Assembly (NCBI GenBank): GCA_028534125.1
Contig: CM052817.1
Location: 12,960,001-13,024,000 of the forward strand
Length of the DNA: 64,000 nt
DNA from: Lama glama
Taxonomy: Eukaryota
Direction of reading: 5' to 3'
The notes beneath the pieces are model-generated. The model was not told the DNA's origin, made no database searches, and saw nothing but the letters and a program-made list of their open reading frames with translations. Made by a program: the position numbers and the translations under genes. Shown piece by piece: positions 39,201-52,040 of the stretch (position 1 is its first letter; each line of letters opens with the position of its first letter).

Positions 39201-41051
39201 TAGAATGTTTCTCAAATTTTGTTGTGAAGAAAAGATGGAAGAACTTCTGTTGTTGTTGTTGCTGTCTTTCCTCCCCTGTTCCATGGGGCAAGCCCTCTTC
39301 ACAGGGCTGTGTTTGGTCTGACTCTTCAACACTGTCTCCTTTTGGACTACTGAGTCTTCTCGCCTACTTGGTAATTTTCCTCTGTCTGCATATTCTTAAA
39401 CAACAGGTCTATGTTTGCCTAATAACATGATTTGTGGTTTATTTTGCAGAGACTGTGTTTCAATTTTCATCTCCAATGAGAGAGGAAGAGCATATTTATA
39501 TTTCCTGTGGTCTGATTCTGCTGGACCAGGGGTCCAGAGGGCCACAAGACAAAGGGACAGACACAGTTCATCTTTTCGAGCAGGTCCTGTCCAACCACAA
39601 ATGCAGGTGACTGATTTCTGGCCCACTCGAGCCTGTAAGGTGGCCAAGAATTAACTCTGAGCTGCATTTTCAAGCAGAAAGATAAAAGTAACTATGAAGC
39701 TAAGTAAGCCTTAAGGAAAATCCCTTACTATTGCAATCAGTGGGTGTTGTTTCTCAAAAGCTAGCTGTGTATCGAGGGACGGTTTGAGGAAATTTGCTGC
39801 AGCTATCGTCACTGCAGTACAAAGAACTTTAACATACAGTTCTCACTTCCAGCTTAGCTGGCTAGCTAACTCTCACCTCCAATCTTTATTATTCTAAGTT
39901 TAGGTTGTTATTTTTCCAGTTTTCCAGGGAGTAACCTATGCACCTAATAGGCAGACATCTCCTTTGCCTCCATCTGCTCAGTCTTTTCCAAAAATTTCTC
40001 TAATAGTCTTGATCTTTGATGGAAATCTGTGTTTCCAATGCCATCCAGATATATATTTATCTTTAGGTTCCTTGTGTAATTTCAATAATATTGAGGGAGT
40101 GGGAAGAAGTAAATGCATGAGCACAAATGTCTATTTTGAAACTGAAATCTGAAAATGTGGTTTTTGAGCCAAACCACTGCAGAAAGGCCAATTTTCCAAA
40201 CTACAAATACAGTTTAAAATGTTTCCACTGCTTACAACATGCGCTATGCAGGGTAAATTATTTTAATTATTTTGAGACAACTAAACTTGTTTTATTTTTT
40301 AATGTTGGTAAACCGATCCAGGCAAGAATATTATAAAGCTGAAAATGTATTAACTTTATCTATAAAGTAGGCTTAAGCACAATTTAAGGAAAGCTAAAAT
40401 GATAAACAGTGCAGAACTCTAGTATTTCAGGTTTTATATAACAGAATTGTATAAATGGGTATTTTTCTCAAAGTGTATCCAAATAGTCAACTAAATCAGG
40501 CACTAAAAATGTCAATGAGCAGCCAGATTTTAAGGCCTGTGGGGCAAACTTTGATTTTTAATTAAATGTTGGTAGTACCTACTTGATAGATTAAAGCTAT
40601 TTTTATCTCATTAACTACATTAACTATATTATAATATGCTTTTCTCTTTTTTTATAAAAAAATTAATTTTATGCTCACAGTCTTCTATCCCAGGTCACTA
40701 TATTTAATCACATGCACTTGCAGAGATAAGGTCAACCTGATTGTCCCCTCTGCAGTCAGTAAAAGCTGCTGAAATCCACCAAATCTGGCCACCAGAATCC
40801 TATCTGCACTCATTAGGTGGATTCTTCTGGTACTAGTTAGCAATAAAAGGCAGGATTCTTTAATCAGGAACTTTAAAAAGATTAAAAGGTATTATTTTTA
40901 CAAAAAGATTCATTGGAAAGAACTAAACCCATATTTTAAAAAGAACTACATAGATAACGTTTGTTAATTGTTAGCTGAAAGTAAAAAATAAACACAAAAG
41001 GATGTACAATTGTAATAACAATACCTTTCCCACATCATTGGTTATAATAAT

Positions 41052-41156
41052 AGTGATGATGATGGTGAAGGTAATGGTGATGATGATGGTGGTGATGGTG
41101 ATGATGACGGTGGTGGTGATGGTGATGATGATGGTGGTGGTGATGGTGATGATGAC
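41052..41156. repeat. (GAT/GGT)n compound trinucleotide repeat
   Basis: Seen directly. Confidence 0.95.
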
Positions 41157-41177
41157 AGACGTTATTATGGGTCTCCC

Positions 41178-41660
41178 TGTGTAGTAGATTTTTTTCCCAT
41201 CCAGCATTCAATCACCCTATGTCCATTAACAGCTTTGGGGTTTTTCCTTTGAGCATCACTGCCCTATTCTTCCTGGGCACCCCTGCCCTATTCGCAGTCC
41301 ACTCCCTCCTCCCTGATAGAAGAATTTGCTTGGCCAAAGCCCAGGTCACAGAACCAATGACTGGTCCTCTGATTTTTGTAAGGATGGGTGTAGATACATG
41401 TCGGTCAAATTGCAGAGGATCTAGGGATTTGCAGGGGCTGCTAGGAAGGGGGTAACTCTCTCTCCAGTGAATCCAGGATGCCTGTAGCTGAGGAAGCATC
41501 TGGATTCGTGAGGAGGAAGCTTGATAAAAGTAGAGCCACAAAAGATGATGTGGCACTGAGAGACGAAGGAAGAGAAAACAAGTTTGAACAGCAACGAACT
41601 TGAACTTAAACCCTGAACCCAATCTTTCCTGAAACCATTCCTACTCCTGGACCTGTCAGT
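41178..41660 (+). mobile_element. MaLR LTR (MLT1J-like), split by L2; resumes at about 42110-42190
   Basis: tgtagtagatttt...cctggacctgtcagttcat...tcaataaacccc. Confidence 0.6.
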
Positions 41661-41689
41661 TCATCCTCCCTTGCTCACTCCTCGGCAGC

Positions 41690-42112
41690 TCCTGATTTAT
41701 TTTGAAGAAGCCAAATGAAGTTTCCATCAGGCCGTTGCATTTTCTGTTACCTCTGCCTAGAATGACTTCCACCCTCACCCCCCAGCTATTCTCATTACTT
41801 CCTCCTTCATTTTCCTCCTGCCTCTGCTCAAATGTAAACCCCCCAGAGAATCCCCACCTGACACTCTTCCAAAGAAGTACTTCCCGTCCTTCCCCCATCC
41901 CCATCCCGCTCTCACCTGCCTAAGCGTCCTCCCATCTGCCATTGTACAATACAGTAGCCTTTCATGTGCAACTTCTCTGTCTCCCCACAGGAGCATGGGC
42001 TTCCATGGGCAATAAGTGTGCTTGTTTCTTCCCAGCCACATCCCAGCATCAAGAACGATGCCTATTGCCCCAGGAACACAGCAACTATTTGTTGAATGAA
42101 AGAATAAATGAA
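41690..42112 (+). mobile_element. L2 3' fragment
   Basis: ctgttacctctgcctagaatg...tctgctcaaatgt...tatttgttgaatgaaagaataaatgaat. Confidence 0.85.
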
Positions 42113-42587
42113 TCAATAAACCCCTTGGCTGTTATTATCTTGGCGTAATCCAGGAATAAATATTCTGTCACAGCCCGAAGCTCCCAAATATTTGAATATC
42201 ATTATGCTAGTTTTCCTGATCCAGAAATTAAAGCTTACATGGTTAAGTCAAAAGTAAATGGAAGAAGAGATTTAAAAGTCAGGTTCTGTCTGACTCCAGA
42301 GCTCTTAAAAGCTGATCTCCACTGCTCTTCAGATTGCTGTGTTTAACCAGGAAGATTTAAAGGATGTTCTTTCTTATTAGGTCCATGTTTTCTTCTTCTA
42401 ATGGATAATAAAATAACTTAATAGAAATCTCTTATAATGTTGCATTCAGTGATGGAAACTAATAGCTAATAAACTCTTGCCAAGTGCAGATGCTATTAGA
42501 CATATATACTGTTATAAGTAGAAAGAATCATTGGACTGCTATGCTTTTTAAGTTGATAGGAAGCTGTGTGCCGTGGATATATACATA

Positions 42588-42730
42588 GTGTGAACACACA
42601 TCCAGATTTTGCCTCAGACAGTCCTGATGTATTCTTGTTGTTGTCCTGACATAAAAATAACTAGTACCTCAAAACATACTGAGATATATATATGTCTCCC
42701 ATCATAGGGTTGGTCTATTGTAACCTTCTA
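42588..42730. mobile_element. hAT-Blackjack MITE (MER81-like)
   Basis: tttgcctcagacagtcctg...ttgttgtcctg...taaccttcta. Confidence 0.6.
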
Positions 42731-43134
42731 AACAACCAGTTGGTATGGATTTCTGAACTTCTGGATTTGTCTTTCTGCCTTATTCAAACAACAGAAACAT
42801 ACTACACTTCTGAAACATGCCAGCAATTCCTATAGACAAAATGTTCACAGTAGAATAGACAAGTGTGTAAACGAACAATGACCATGCACATGAAAAGCTC
42901 TGGGAGGGAAGAGGGAGCGAGATCTCAGACTTTTTCACTTATTTCCATTTCTACAGCTGGCACGCTTTTCCAAACCACCACCGTCTTTCCTTGGGACTAC
43001 TGCCATAAATTCCTAAGTAGGTCTCCCACTTCATCCCTTCTCCCCCTTCTATCTGTTAGCAACACTGCAGCCAACATGAACATTTAAGACACAAACGGTC
43101 TTATCCTCCCATTGTGGGGATTCAATGAATGTTT

Positions 43135-43720
43135 AAGTCCAGATGCTCTAGAAAACAGAGCCTAAGGCAAAAGCTTATATGTTAAGAGTATATCAAGGAG
43201 TTCAATGCCAGGAAAGCCAGAGGGAGGGAAAAGGGGAGTGAAGCAGGAAAGGACAGAGAGAGAAAATGGAGTGATATGCAGCTGACTCCTGTCCAGGCCC
43301 AGGTACAATCCTGATTGCTCAGTATCAGGGGATCATCTACCAATGGGCCCTGAGAACTATTACTTCTCAGGACAATCTGCTGAAGGTGGGGGTAATGGGG
43401 GAGGTGAAAAGACTTTGTCTTCTATCTCCTATTGGTCAAAGTTTTGTTCCTTAGTATTTTTCTCTCCCATATTTCCAGGTTTGGCAAGTATGGAAGCTGC
43501 ATGGGTCCTGAAATGATTTCATCTCAGCTGCTGCAGAGAGAGAAGCCCTAGGGCTGGAGGGGAGAGATGTACAGTGAGGCATAAGACAAGGGCCAGCTCA
43601 GGGTGCTCCAGAGAAATTGGTTTTGCAGGGACCAGGATTGGAGCAGAAGATGTGACCAAGAGCCTCGGAGACAATCAGGCTGAGAGGATCTGAAACAGTA
43701 CAAAAGAGGTTTCTGACAGA
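43135..43720 (-). mobile_element. Old ERVL-class LTR
   Basis: ctctagaaaacagagcctaaggcaaaagctt...ggggagtgaagcaggaaagg pattern; subfamily uncertain. Confidence 0.5.
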
Positions 43721-43919
43721 ACAAATTAACACTGAGAGCCTGGAAGCATGTCTGTCATATTAGAAGCACCCAGCAAATGTTATTGGTTTGTTATTTACAA
43801 TTATTATAAATGAAGTATTTGAAACAGGGGCATGATGGTTATAGATACATTATAAATAGCACTCAGTAGACATATGGAGAGTTCTCGTATGCATTAACTG
43901 TGTATTCATTAATGTTAAT

Positions 43920-44820
43920 AAAGAATGGCCTTTAATTCATTGGTTTCGATTGAGCATCCACCTTGTACAAGACAATTGTGAGACCCGTGATCACAGTGGT
44001 GAACAATTAGATATGACTTCTGTCCTCATGAGAAGAAAGAGTCAAACATGAATCAAGTCCATGATTATGAATTAAATCATGACTTTGATGGAGGAACACA
44101 GGACTCCCTGGGAGCATATGAAGGAAGGCTATGAACTAGTCTTGGAGGAGATCATCAAGAAGGTCAAAGAAGTGACAATTTAGTCAAGAGGAAAAAGAGA
44201 GAGGAGCTTTGTGGGCAGAGGTGGCAGCAGGGGTTTGGTGGGGCTACCTACATGGGCCCACATGGTGAGGCCATGATGCTTGGTTTTTGGTCAAACACCA
44301 GTCTAGATGTTACTGTGAAGGTATTTTTAGATGACATTAACATTTAAGTCATCAGACTTTGAATAAAATACATTATCTTTTATAATGTGAATGGGCCTCA
44401 TTTAATAATTTGAAGGCTTAAGAGAAAAGACTGTAAGATTTTCTGGGGAAGAAGGAATTCGGCCTCTGTAAGGCCTTTGTGCCTGGAAGTGTAACATCAG
44501 CCCTTGCCTGGGTCTCGAGCCTACTGACCTGCCCTGCAGATTGTAGACTTTCCATATCTATATCTATATCTATATCTATATCTATATCTATATCTATATC
44601 CATCCCATTGGTTCTGTTCTCTAGAGAACTCTGGGAAATACAGCCGGGCAAAGACCCAGAGTCCACCAGAGAGCACGGCTTGTTCAAGACTCTGAGAAAG
44701 CGTACTGTGGTCCAATGAGGGGTGGGTGGTTGAGCTCGGAAAGGAAAGCAGGAGCCAGATACTCAGGCCCTTAAGGCAGTGGCATGGATCTTCATCTTTG
44801 AGTGCTATGGAAATTCACTG
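43920..44820 (-). mobile_element. L2 fragment hosting the MLT2 and ERV1 LTR; resumes at about 45380-45480
   Basis: ttgagcatccaccttgt...gtggtgaacaa...tgtcctcatg...gagtgctatggaaattcactg. Confidence 0.7.
44245..44642 (+). mobile_element. MLT2B-like LTR containing (ATCTAT)n at about 44555-44600
   Basis: ggtcaaacaccagtctagatgttactgtgaaggtattttt...ctactgacctgccctgcaga...cccattggttctgtt. Confidence 0.9.
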
Positions 44821-45375
44821 TGTTAGGTAGTTAGGTAAGTGGGGTCACTGGGCAGATGAGGTGAAGGAGAGGGAGGATGGTCCAGACGATGGCGTTATGC
44901 CCACCTTTAGCCTAAAGGAGCTTTACTTCCTCTAAATGAGTGTCAGCAAGAAATTGGTTAGAACCCGACAGCCACAACTGTGCAGTTACAGCAAGGACCT
45001 AACCGGATAGGACCCAGTGCTCATTGTAATATAATTAGCACTGTGATTTAGGTCCCCCACATGGCTTTCTCTGTGTGCATCATGGGTAAGGACATGCACA
45101 AAGAGGTCAAATGTGACTAAGCATTTCAGGGGCAAAGGCTGCCAATCAATCAAGAGACCACCTCTAAGTGAGGGAATAAGAGAAGGGGGCAAACAAAGAC
45201 CATCGCTGTCCTCCCTTGGACCAGCCTGCTTCCCATTCTCGGAGCTGTGCTTTTCCTTTGCTAATAAAACCTTAAACTCTTTTGCTACATAACACAGTTT
45301 TTTTTCCCTTCTGAATTCTTCTCTTTCAAGTAAGACAAGAATTGAGGTCTTTTTTCTTCCCCTTTTGGGGTAGCA
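44821..45375 (+). mobile_element. Solo ERV1-class LTR (MER41-like), 555 bp
   Basis: TG...CA termini, 4-bp TSD ACTG (44817-44820 / 45376-45379), AATAAA at 45263. Confidence 0.85.
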
Positions 45376-46129
45376 ACTGAATCACTTTAAGTAGGTTGGG
45401 TTGGAAAAGTTTAACTTTGAAATCAGGAGACCTGTGTAATAATGTGGGTGAAAGATCATGCAACCCTGAATTAGGCTAGGGCCTGAAAGAGAGAGAGAGG
45501 GTTCTCGGGGGACATTTCCTTAGCTCTGCTCACTGTGTTTGCCCCACAGGTGCCACTGTCTTGGAACACGGTAAAATACCCGAGGTGGCTGCTAGTGAAT
45601 TTTGTAATTCTGGGGTGAAAATTTCTGCTCCTTGACCTGCATCTGTAGCCATGGAAAAGGTTTTATACATGATGCCAACTTCTTACAGGACAGAGAAGTC
45701 AGTTCATTTTAAATTCATGTTCCCAATTCTTTGTTTGTTTCAGACATTGAAAAGTTTAATATGTTAACTCAAACATTTTCAGATGTCTTACAAATAACCC
45801 AGGGACCCTTTCTCCAGATGAGCCCTGAAATCTGTGTAAAAGTGATATTTGTATACTGCTGAGTCTCTTTGTCTTTTCCTCTTGACTTGGTCTGCTAAAA
45901 TATGGATTGCAAATTTCAGTTAAAAAAGCTTGCAGTGTATGCTTAAATAGATATAATTACCTGTGAAGTTAGAAGACAGCCAACTTTTAATTTTCTAGGT
46001 ATGTGAATCTTATGCTGAGAAATTCACTGTTAAATGGAATCTTCAAATCTGCCCTGCAGCCTATTACATTTTCTAGTAAGTACTCTCATTTTCTTCCATA
46101 ACGCAATATTTCATATATTTTTTTTTCCT

Positions 46130-46590
46130 GTCAAAATCTCCTACCCCATCCTCTCAGCACCCCTCTTCGCCACCCAACTCCCAGCTGAAAGTGTCCTCTC
46201 ATGCTTGTTGGTGAAAACAGAAGCAGTCAGAAGGGAGGTCCTTCCAAGGATCCTCTAAATCCTCCTTGACTTTCCCCGCCCACATCTTTCCTTCTTCTGA
46301 TTTCACTGAAGAAAACGTCCCTCCATCCTTCAAAAATCAATCTCTCAGATGTTCAGTTTCCCATCAACTTTTCTGGTATCTCCTCCAAGATTTTAATTTC
46401 TTTGGTTATCCTCCTCCTACTTGTACATTTAACTTCTCTCTCTCTCTGCTGGATTGTCCATCAGCATGGAAGCAACACTCAGTGATTCCCACTAAGGACA
46501 GAAGAGGAGGAGGAGGCAGCCCTCCTGTTTCAATTCCTTCTCCAGCCACAACCTGTTCTCTCTTCTTGCCTTCTTCAAATAATAACACTC
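46130..46590 (+). mobile_element. L2 internal fragment
   Basis: gaaaacagaagcagtcagaaggga... pyrimidine-rich L2-like sequence. Confidence 0.55.
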
Positions 46591-46702
46591 CCCATAACTG
46601 TGACACGGTCTCTCCACACCTGGGATAATAGCTAAAGGCATTCTTCCTCTATTTTCAGATACACAGTAAGACCACAAGTAATTAACATCACCTTGCAGTC
46701 TT

Positions 46703-46990
46703 TTTTACTTTCTACCCAGGTAGCATTGGTTTATAACATTATATGTTTCACAGGTACAACACTGTATTTCTACTTCTCAATACACTACAGCCTGCTCACC
46801 TCTAAAAACTGAGTTTCCATCCCTCCCCATAAAGTCGATCCCCTTTACCCATTTTACCCTGTCCCTCCTGCCCCTTCCCCTCTGGGAACCACAACTCTGT
46901 TCTCGGTAGCTGTTTGTTTTTGTTTGGTTTGGTTTGTTCTTTTATTTTGTATATTAGTCTTTTATATTTCACGTAAGAATGAAATCATAT
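46703..46990 (-). mobile_element. L1 3' fragment
   Basis: ataacattatatgtttcacaggtacaac...cccttcccctctgggaaccac. Confidence 0.8.
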
Positions 46991-47004
46991 ATCAACCTTT
47001 AGCC

Positions 47005-47143
47005 CTTTTTTTTATTTCTACTTTTTTGGGGGACAATAATAGATTTATTTCTTTATTCATTTTTTTCAATAGAGGTACTGGGGATTGAACCCAGGACCTC
47101 CTGCATGCTGAGCATGCTCTCTACCACTGAGATCTACCCTCCC
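47005..47143 (-). mobile_element. tRNA-derived SINE (camelid Vic-1-like)
   Basis: Reverse complement gggagggtagatctcagtggtagagagcatgctcagcatgcaggaggtcctgggttcaatccccagtacctc plus an A-rich tail. Confidence 0.9.
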
Positions 47144-47280
47144 AACAACACTTAGTTCTTGACCGTGACCCCAGAGTGTCTCCACCAGCAGCCAAAAGAC
47201 AGCTACTTCCCGAGAAGGGTGTGGGCAGCACTGCACAGGAGTGAGGTTCAGAGAAAAATTAAGAGCAAATGAGCTGATTC

Positions 47281-47595
47281 AGTTATATGTATTTTTTCAG
47301 ATTATTTTCCATTATAGGTAATTACAAGGTGTTGAATATTTCTCCCAGTGGTATACAGTAAATCCTTGTTGCTTATCTATTCTATATATAGTAGTTTGCA
47401 TCTATTAATCCCATACTCCTGATTTATCCCTGCTTGTCCTTCCTCTTTGATAACTCTAAGTTAGTTTTCTATGTCTATGAGTCTGTTTCTGTTTTGTACA
47501 TAAATTCATTTGTATTATTTTTTTAGATTCTACATACAGAAACTAACACAATATTGTAAATCAACTTGACTTCAATTTTTTTTATTATTAAATTT
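47281..47595 (+). mobile_element. 5'-inverted (twin-primed) L1 3' fragment
   Basis: Antisense piece 47281-47535 joined to a sense terminal piece; flanked by tgagctgattc / tgagctgaatc. Confidence 0.8.
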
Positions 47596-48819
47596 AAGAG
47601 AGAGAGGGTGAGCTGAATCTGGCAGTCAAATCCACCAGCATTGCCTTGAGGGGCTGGGGTATCACTGGAAACTCAGGGATTCACCTACCCAGAACACCCC
47701 CGGAGGTGATGTGGCTTTGGATGTGTCTGGCAGCCAAGAAGGGCAGCCTGAGCCCACATTTCCTGAGAACTGTAGGACTAGGGTGCCTGCCAACTTTCCA
47801 CCAACTTCTGTCTCCAGATAAAGAACAAAACTGCTCCACTGGATTTTAGAGAAAAGCCCACAAGAGGAATTCTTTTATAATCCATTGGATTTCAACAAAA
47901 TTTGTCCAAATGATGTTTCTGTTGTTTTTCCAAGTTAAAATCCAATCCATACACTTTAAAGTTTTTTGTAGGGCTATAAAATACATTTGGAAAACAATAT
48001 CATTACAATATTAATATGGGGGAAAATTGCTAATTGTCTGGTTAAAGAAATCTTGCTTGGATCAATTTGTTGCCCTGCCAGTAAAACTTTAAAACACTGA
48101 CAATATATTTACTTTAAAATGTTCTAGGCTTTTCAGTGTTGATGATTTTATAAACTGAATATGAATCTTCTGATTTATAGAGTGGTTAATTTGGTATAGG
48201 TTGAAGAAATACATTTTAAAAAGAGTGGCCATCACCCCATATCTTCACTGAATTGTTAAGTTCTTATTTAAAATAATTTAAGTAATTTTTTGCTTTTCAA
48301 TGACAGTTTAACATCAGTTTCTCTGAGCTTCTCAAATGCAGTGCGGAAACTCCCTTGATCACATGACTATGCTATGACTGATTTATTCTTAATTGCATAC
48401 TGACGTTGCTTAACTTCCTCTAAATTTTGGCAGTTTTTTTTTTACCATTCAGTGCAGCAATCTCTTCATGAGAAAAAAAATATTTACTCCAAAGTGAAAA
48501 CAGGTTTCTCTGTGGGTGTTCTGATATATTTGTCACTTTCCAGTTCTAGAGTATTTGGGCTTTGAAAGTGACTTTTTGAACTTTATAAACATTTTTGAAA
48601 TAGTTATTGTGTTTTAATGTTATTTTTCAACATCTTCAAGTTAAATTTTGTTTAGAAATTTGCTTTCTGCAAGTACTAATATAAGGAGACAGTACCAAGT
48701 TCAACCGGAAATTCATACGCAGATTGTAAATGTATTTACACAGGTTACTTCCTTATAAATGGAAATACAATGAAGCCAGAATCTGAAGGGATAAATAAGA
48801 CTGTGAATGAGTATGGAGA

Positions 48820-48950
48820 TTAGATATTCATATTCCAATTTTTAAAATAAGGAGATTCAGACTCAGAGAGGTTAAGTGATATGTCCAAGGACACACAGAG
48901 ATCAATAAAACCTGCTATCTGAGCCCAACTCTCATGTTCGTTCTACTACA
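48820..48950 (-). mobile_element. MIR
   Basis: actcagagaggttaagtgatatgtccaaggacacacag. Confidence 0.8.
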
Positions 48951-49659
48951 CCTCATCGACCTGTTACTTTTTGGCATTTCTCAAAGAATTCCATCCACTG
49001 AGAGGAATATAAGGAGAAAAAAATTGGAATTGGAACAGTGATGAAAGATTTCTGTGGCTTTGAGACAATGAACAAACGATGCATTAGTCAGTCATTTTAC
49101 TACCTCCACCCACCCATTTGGAAAATTTGGTCAGACAACTAACTTGTTTTTTGTTTATTCCAGTAATTCTGCAAATGATTCTAGGAGGAAAAAGGACAGA
49201 CCAAAAGTAAATAGAAGACTTGATTCCCGATCTGAGGCAGTATGCAATATAGCGATAAAGAAACGACACGCAAAAAATAAGGATAGAATGATTTTATGAA
49301 GCCACGTATCAGCAAGCGCAGATTAACATGCAAATCAACACTGCAGTCCTGGGCACAGGGATGCAAGTGGAAGTAGATTTTTATTATAATCAGATGTACT
49401 ACCTTTGAAAGGAAGTTAATTTTAACAGATCTCAAAAGGAAAGAAAATAAGACTAGGTGGGGAGAAGGGAGGGAGCAGGTTAAAAGCTCGAAGACAGTGA
49501 TGGTATTAGCTTGAGGAACTCAGAAAGGGAAAGGGTAGAAACATGTGAAATTGGTAAAAATCACTGAATTCTAACTTCAGAGTCTATATTTGATAGGGAA
49601 GACTTTAAAAAATGTTAAGGGATGAAAAAGCGCCTTAAGACTTTGCCCTTTTGGCTGCC

Positions 49660-50310
49660 TGAAATGCAAAATGTCCCAACTCAAACACATGACCTTCTCC
49701 CCTTTGAGTCACAAGTTTCACAAGCCTGAAGCCTGAGTCATCCGTAACTTCTCCCTCTCCCTCCCCCAGCCTCTCCGAACACAAGCCGTTCCGAGGTCTG
49801 GCAGTTTTACTTCCTAGACAACTCGTCAGTCCATCTGCTTCTCTCCATCCTTAATCACCACCATCCTACTGTAAGCTTCCACTGTCTTTCTCCTGTATTA
49901 TTTTATTAAAATAGCCTGGTGTGTCCACTGTCAGCCCGTCAGGTCCCTCTGCAATCCAGCATCTCATCATGTTAAAAGTTAATGTGGCCAACTGCTCACA
50001 ACTTCCATAAATAACCGTGGGAAGCCCTTCATCAGCTCTCCTCCATGTGTCCCTCCAGCCTCACCTTGCTCTCTGTGCACCACACTCACTGACCTTCCAT
50101 CTTTATTTGTGCTCATCCTGATTCCTTCCCAAACACGTGACCTCAATTTATAATGTTCTCTCCTTTTTGACCAAGTTCATATGAACTCGTTCTTCAGCTC
50201 TCTTCTTCAAGAGCATGTCCCACGGCATCTTCCTCTAACTGACCTGAGTAGGTCAGATCCCTGCCTTGGGCTCAGAGACCTCTCCTTTGAAGCACTTACC
50301 ACCATTGCTA
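49660..50310 (+). mobile_element. L2 fragment
   Basis: aaaatgtcccaactcaaac...catctgcttctctccatcc. Confidence 0.65.
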
Positions 50311-50319
50311 GAAACTATC

Positions 50320-50500
50320 CCCTTCAGTCATCAAAACAACCCCATGAAGGTGGTTGAATTATTTTTACATTCTATTGATGAGGAAACTGAAGAATAAAGA
50401 GGTTAAATAAATTGTTCAAGCTTATAAGAATAAAAAGTGTTAGAACCAGGAGACAGATGTAAGCAGCCTGACTTCCAAGCCTGTGCTCTCCATGCTATAG
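50320..50500 (-). mobile_element. MIR
   Basis: gatgaggaaactgaag...gaggttaaataa...cctgacttccaagcctgtgctct. Confidence 0.8.
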
Positions 50501-51799
50501 CTACCTCTACATTGTTGTCAAATGGGTGGGTGGGCGGACAGCTGAATCGGCAAATGAGTTAATGTCAGCGGCTGTTTTCTGGGTACTTGAAAGAAGAAAG
50601 AGAAGGAATAATGGCTCCCCATAGAGTTGCAGCGGCAATCGGGTGTTTCTGTCATGGGTGAGGCTGGTAATGGAAAAAGATCTGAAGGGTGCGTCTTTGA
50701 GGCAGTGAGAACTGAGACAGGTGATGGCTAATGTGTCGAGGTCAGGATTGGAAGAGAAGTTGACAGCAGTTCTAAGACAGGAACCCAAGGAAATTGGGAG
50801 AGCAATGTTGAGCGCCTTTTATAAATGCTGTGGGACCCTTTCAGTTTCAAAGATTTTGTCCACTATATCCTCCAGGTGAGCTTCACAAAACTTTCTCACA
50901 TCATCCCCTTCCACGACTAGAAACACCTATTTTAATTTGTAAATCCCTCTGAAACACGCCATTTTTATACCTTATTATTGGGCTGATACACAGTGTAATA
51001 TGACTCTCTTGACTAGACCTCATTTGTGCTATTTTATGACAGCTAGCTATTTATTGATCATTGAAATTTCAGCGATTTCATTTTATTACTGATTTCCACT
51101 TGCAACAAAAATTGGGGCACCAATTATGCAGAATGCAGCTATAGAAGCCAATTGCCATAAGGTTAAATTTGCCTCCCCACCTTCAACAATTATTAACAAT
51201 TTTATGAGGCTTTTGAGAGTCACTATTATTTTTTTTCCTGGAAATTTCTTTTAGTCAACACATTTTCAAAGCATTATTTGTCTTCTGAGAGGTTTCACCA
51301 AGACAAACCATCAGCGTGGTTAAATAATAACTAATAAATTAGACTATGAAAAAGAGCTTCTCTAAGAAACAGTCATGACAGAGGTAAACTTTTCAGCAGC
51401 ACTTTAAAATATTGTATAAAGTGTGTTGTTAGAGCTTTATTTATAAGTACACATTTTCTAAGAAACAAGAATAACCACTTAGAGATGCATGAAGTGGTTT
51501 AACTGGAGCCCTGGGTACAGTATCAGAAAGCCCTACCTCCGCATCACGCATAATCAGACAGTACGGGCTTGTTTTTGCTTTTATTTCCCGCCCCTTTAAA
51601 AGCATAACTTCGACTTTGATGACTTCTCAAGTGAACTTTAACAGCTAGGTTGTCCAAGGTATTAAATTCTTCAAGGGGAAAATAATCTTAAAAAATCTTG
51701 GAAAAAAACATCTGGTAGCAGATTTGTTCGTTTGGTTTTTGTTGTTCTTGTTGATGCTGGTGGGGAGTGATGGAGAGAAGAAAATGAATCTGCTCTCAT

Positions 51800-52040
51800 T
51801 CTAGTATAAATTAGCAGTGAAGAGTGTGAACTCTGAAGCCATATTGCTCCTTTTTAGCTGTGCAACCTTGAGAAAGTTACTTGATCCCCCTGTGTCTCCA
51901 TTTCGCCACATGTAGAATGGGATAAGAGTAACAGTAACTGCGTCGAGTGTTTGCACGGGTTGAACAGATTGTAAAGTAGCTGAAAGAGCTCCTGGCATAT
52001 AACAAGGGCATAATTAACGTTAGTTCTTACCATTATTAAA
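51800..52040 (+). mobile_element. MIR
   Basis: tagctgtgcaaccttgagaaagttactt...catgtagaatgggataa...cctggcatata. Confidence 0.8.

Noticed and set aside
40971..41207. Thr/Ile-rich and Met/Val-rich ORFs; also DI/SI/YR repeat ORFs at 44418-44718
   Set aside because: Translations of microsatellites.
45744..45862. Acceptor plus 39-codon frame (DIEKFNMLTQ...)
   Set aside because: No good donor and no recognisable homology.
47207..47770. Two TTC-N4-GAA (STAT6-like) motifs
   Set aside because: Expected by chance in 64 kb; no other support.
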